The notes under the pieces were generated by a model. That model made no database searches and was not told the DNA's origin. It saw only the letters and a list, made by a program, of their open reading frames with translations. Below, piece after piece: positions 63,337-64,000 of a DNA stretch of 64,000 nucleotides. Both the position numbers and the translations under genes were made by a program. Every line of letters begins with the position of its first letter. The stretch's first letter is position 1. The DNA comes from Dehalococcoidia bacterium (GTDB lineage: Bacteria > Chloroflexota > Dehalococcoidia > Lucifugimonadales > JAGWBF01), in contig OZ240207.1 in NCBI GenBank assembly GCA_965197415.1, forward strand, positions 853,853 to 917,852, in the 5' to 3' direction.

Positions 63337-64000
63337 TTGGCCGACGATACCGACCAGAAGTTGGGGGCCGCGCTGGAAGGCCCCGCCATCGTTCCCGAAT
63401 TCGAGCAGGCCCTGAATGAATTGGTTTCCATAGCCCGGCAGGGCCAGAACCGGAAAAGCTCTTTCTATAACCCATCCGAGGAGTGGATCGCCCGACAGAT
63501 GAACATCCTTCAGGACTTGCCCCAGGAGCAACGGGACAGGTTCACGTTGGAAGCCAATCAGATTAACGAAGACGCTAAAGTCGCCGGCGCCGAGGGCAAA
63601 GCAGCCAGGAGGGCCGGACCGGGCGTCGTGGTCAAGCTGGACAACGGCGGCCTCGCTTTCTACAGCCAACTGGGAGTGGCCCGCCGCCCGGACCTGACTC
63701 AATATTATATTGACGGGTTCCAACCCAACAGGGACGCCCTGGCCTTCAGTGAACAAAACCAGCGGGTTTTCACAAAAGTTCTCCAGTACGTAAATACGTA
63801 CATGCAAGAGAGGTTCGCCACGGGCGAAGCCATCGTGCAGACAGACAGGCAAATCGGAGACGTTCCTGGCCGGTCTTTTCACGCCAGACAGCTGATGTTC
63901 GGCGCCAAGTACATGCAAATTCCCTACATGTGGCGCCAGTTGACCTTCGACCTGCCCAAAGAACGGTGGTCGGAATCCCCCGACATCCTGGAAGTTTCCG
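63337..64000 (+). CDS. hypothetical protein, 5' part (runs off right edge)
   Basis: Open frame from TTG 63337 (GGGGGA SD; in-frame TAA at 63334) to the window end. Third codon positions are mostly G/C by eye and the composition looks protein-like. Absent from the ORF track because it has no stop. No family recognised. Confidence 0.45.
   Translation, partial: MADDTDQKLGAALEGPAIVPEFEQALNELVSIARQGQNRKSSFYNPSEEWIARQMNILQDLPQEQRDRFTLEANQINEDAKVAGAEGKAARRAGPGVVVKLDNGGLAFYSQLGVARRPDLTQYYIDGFQPNRDALAFSEQNQRVFTKVLQYVNTYMQERFATGEAIVQTDRQIGDVPGRSFHARQLMFGAKYMQIPYMWRQLTFDLPKERWSESPDILEVS

Noticed and set aside
63316-63918. 200-aa minus-strand ORF at the right edge.
   Set aside because: It has an antisense-type composition, and the opposite frame is open to the window edge with better codon bias and an SD.

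Overview
GC-rich bacterial chromosomal window, almost entirely coding: about 70 protein genes. I found no rRNA gene, no intact tRNA gene and no CRISPR array by eye. The gene content looks like a marine Chloroflexota (SAR202-like) genome, but that is inference only, with no search run. The content behind that guess is tandem family-III CoA-transferases, an LLM/F420-type oxidoreductase, MmgE/PrpD, SDR and alpha/beta hydrolases, many lipoproteins with Thr/Pro-rich linkers, and giant FtsX permeases. Layout: (1) 0.1-14.1 kb, a long minus-strand run. It holds peptide-type ABC importer genes, an orphan molybdopterin hydroxylase large subunit, and two tandem paralogous copies of a signal-less DUF1800 + NHL beta-propeller gene pair bracketing a HEXXH lipoprotein. 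(2) 14.3-15.2 kb, two unknown ORFs in one reading frame separated by a single TAG. (3) two CoA-transferases and a hicAB module. (4) 18.8-28.6 kb, an exporter operon with two >1100-aa FtsX permeases, two ATPases, a small membrane protein and an upstream SRPBCC protein. (5) an intact IS5-family element with an A8 -1 frameshift site. (6) a GAF histidine kinase, receiver and dodecin cluster; an MGS-like gene and orphan pstS, each preceded by 11-bp-phased CSTTAA repeats; and bfd-bfr. (7) 38-50 kb, housekeeping genes (lysA, holB, HNH, ridA, yceI) mixed with rearrangement signatures. These are a duplicated unknown protein family, 40-nt direct repeats around ridA, and a duplicated consensus promoter + 100-nt conserved leader where one copy carries a microhomology-bounded 585-bp deletion that creates a chimeric ORF. 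(8) 50-64 kb, catabolic-type enzymes, an LRR lipoprotein, gyrA and a C26 amidotransferase. The best candidates for something undescribed are the duplicated leader RNA and chimeric locus, the DUF1800-NHL pair, the giant FtsX system and the duplicated unknown family. All family calls come from motif recognition by eye; no alignments, HMM searches or RNA folding were computed.
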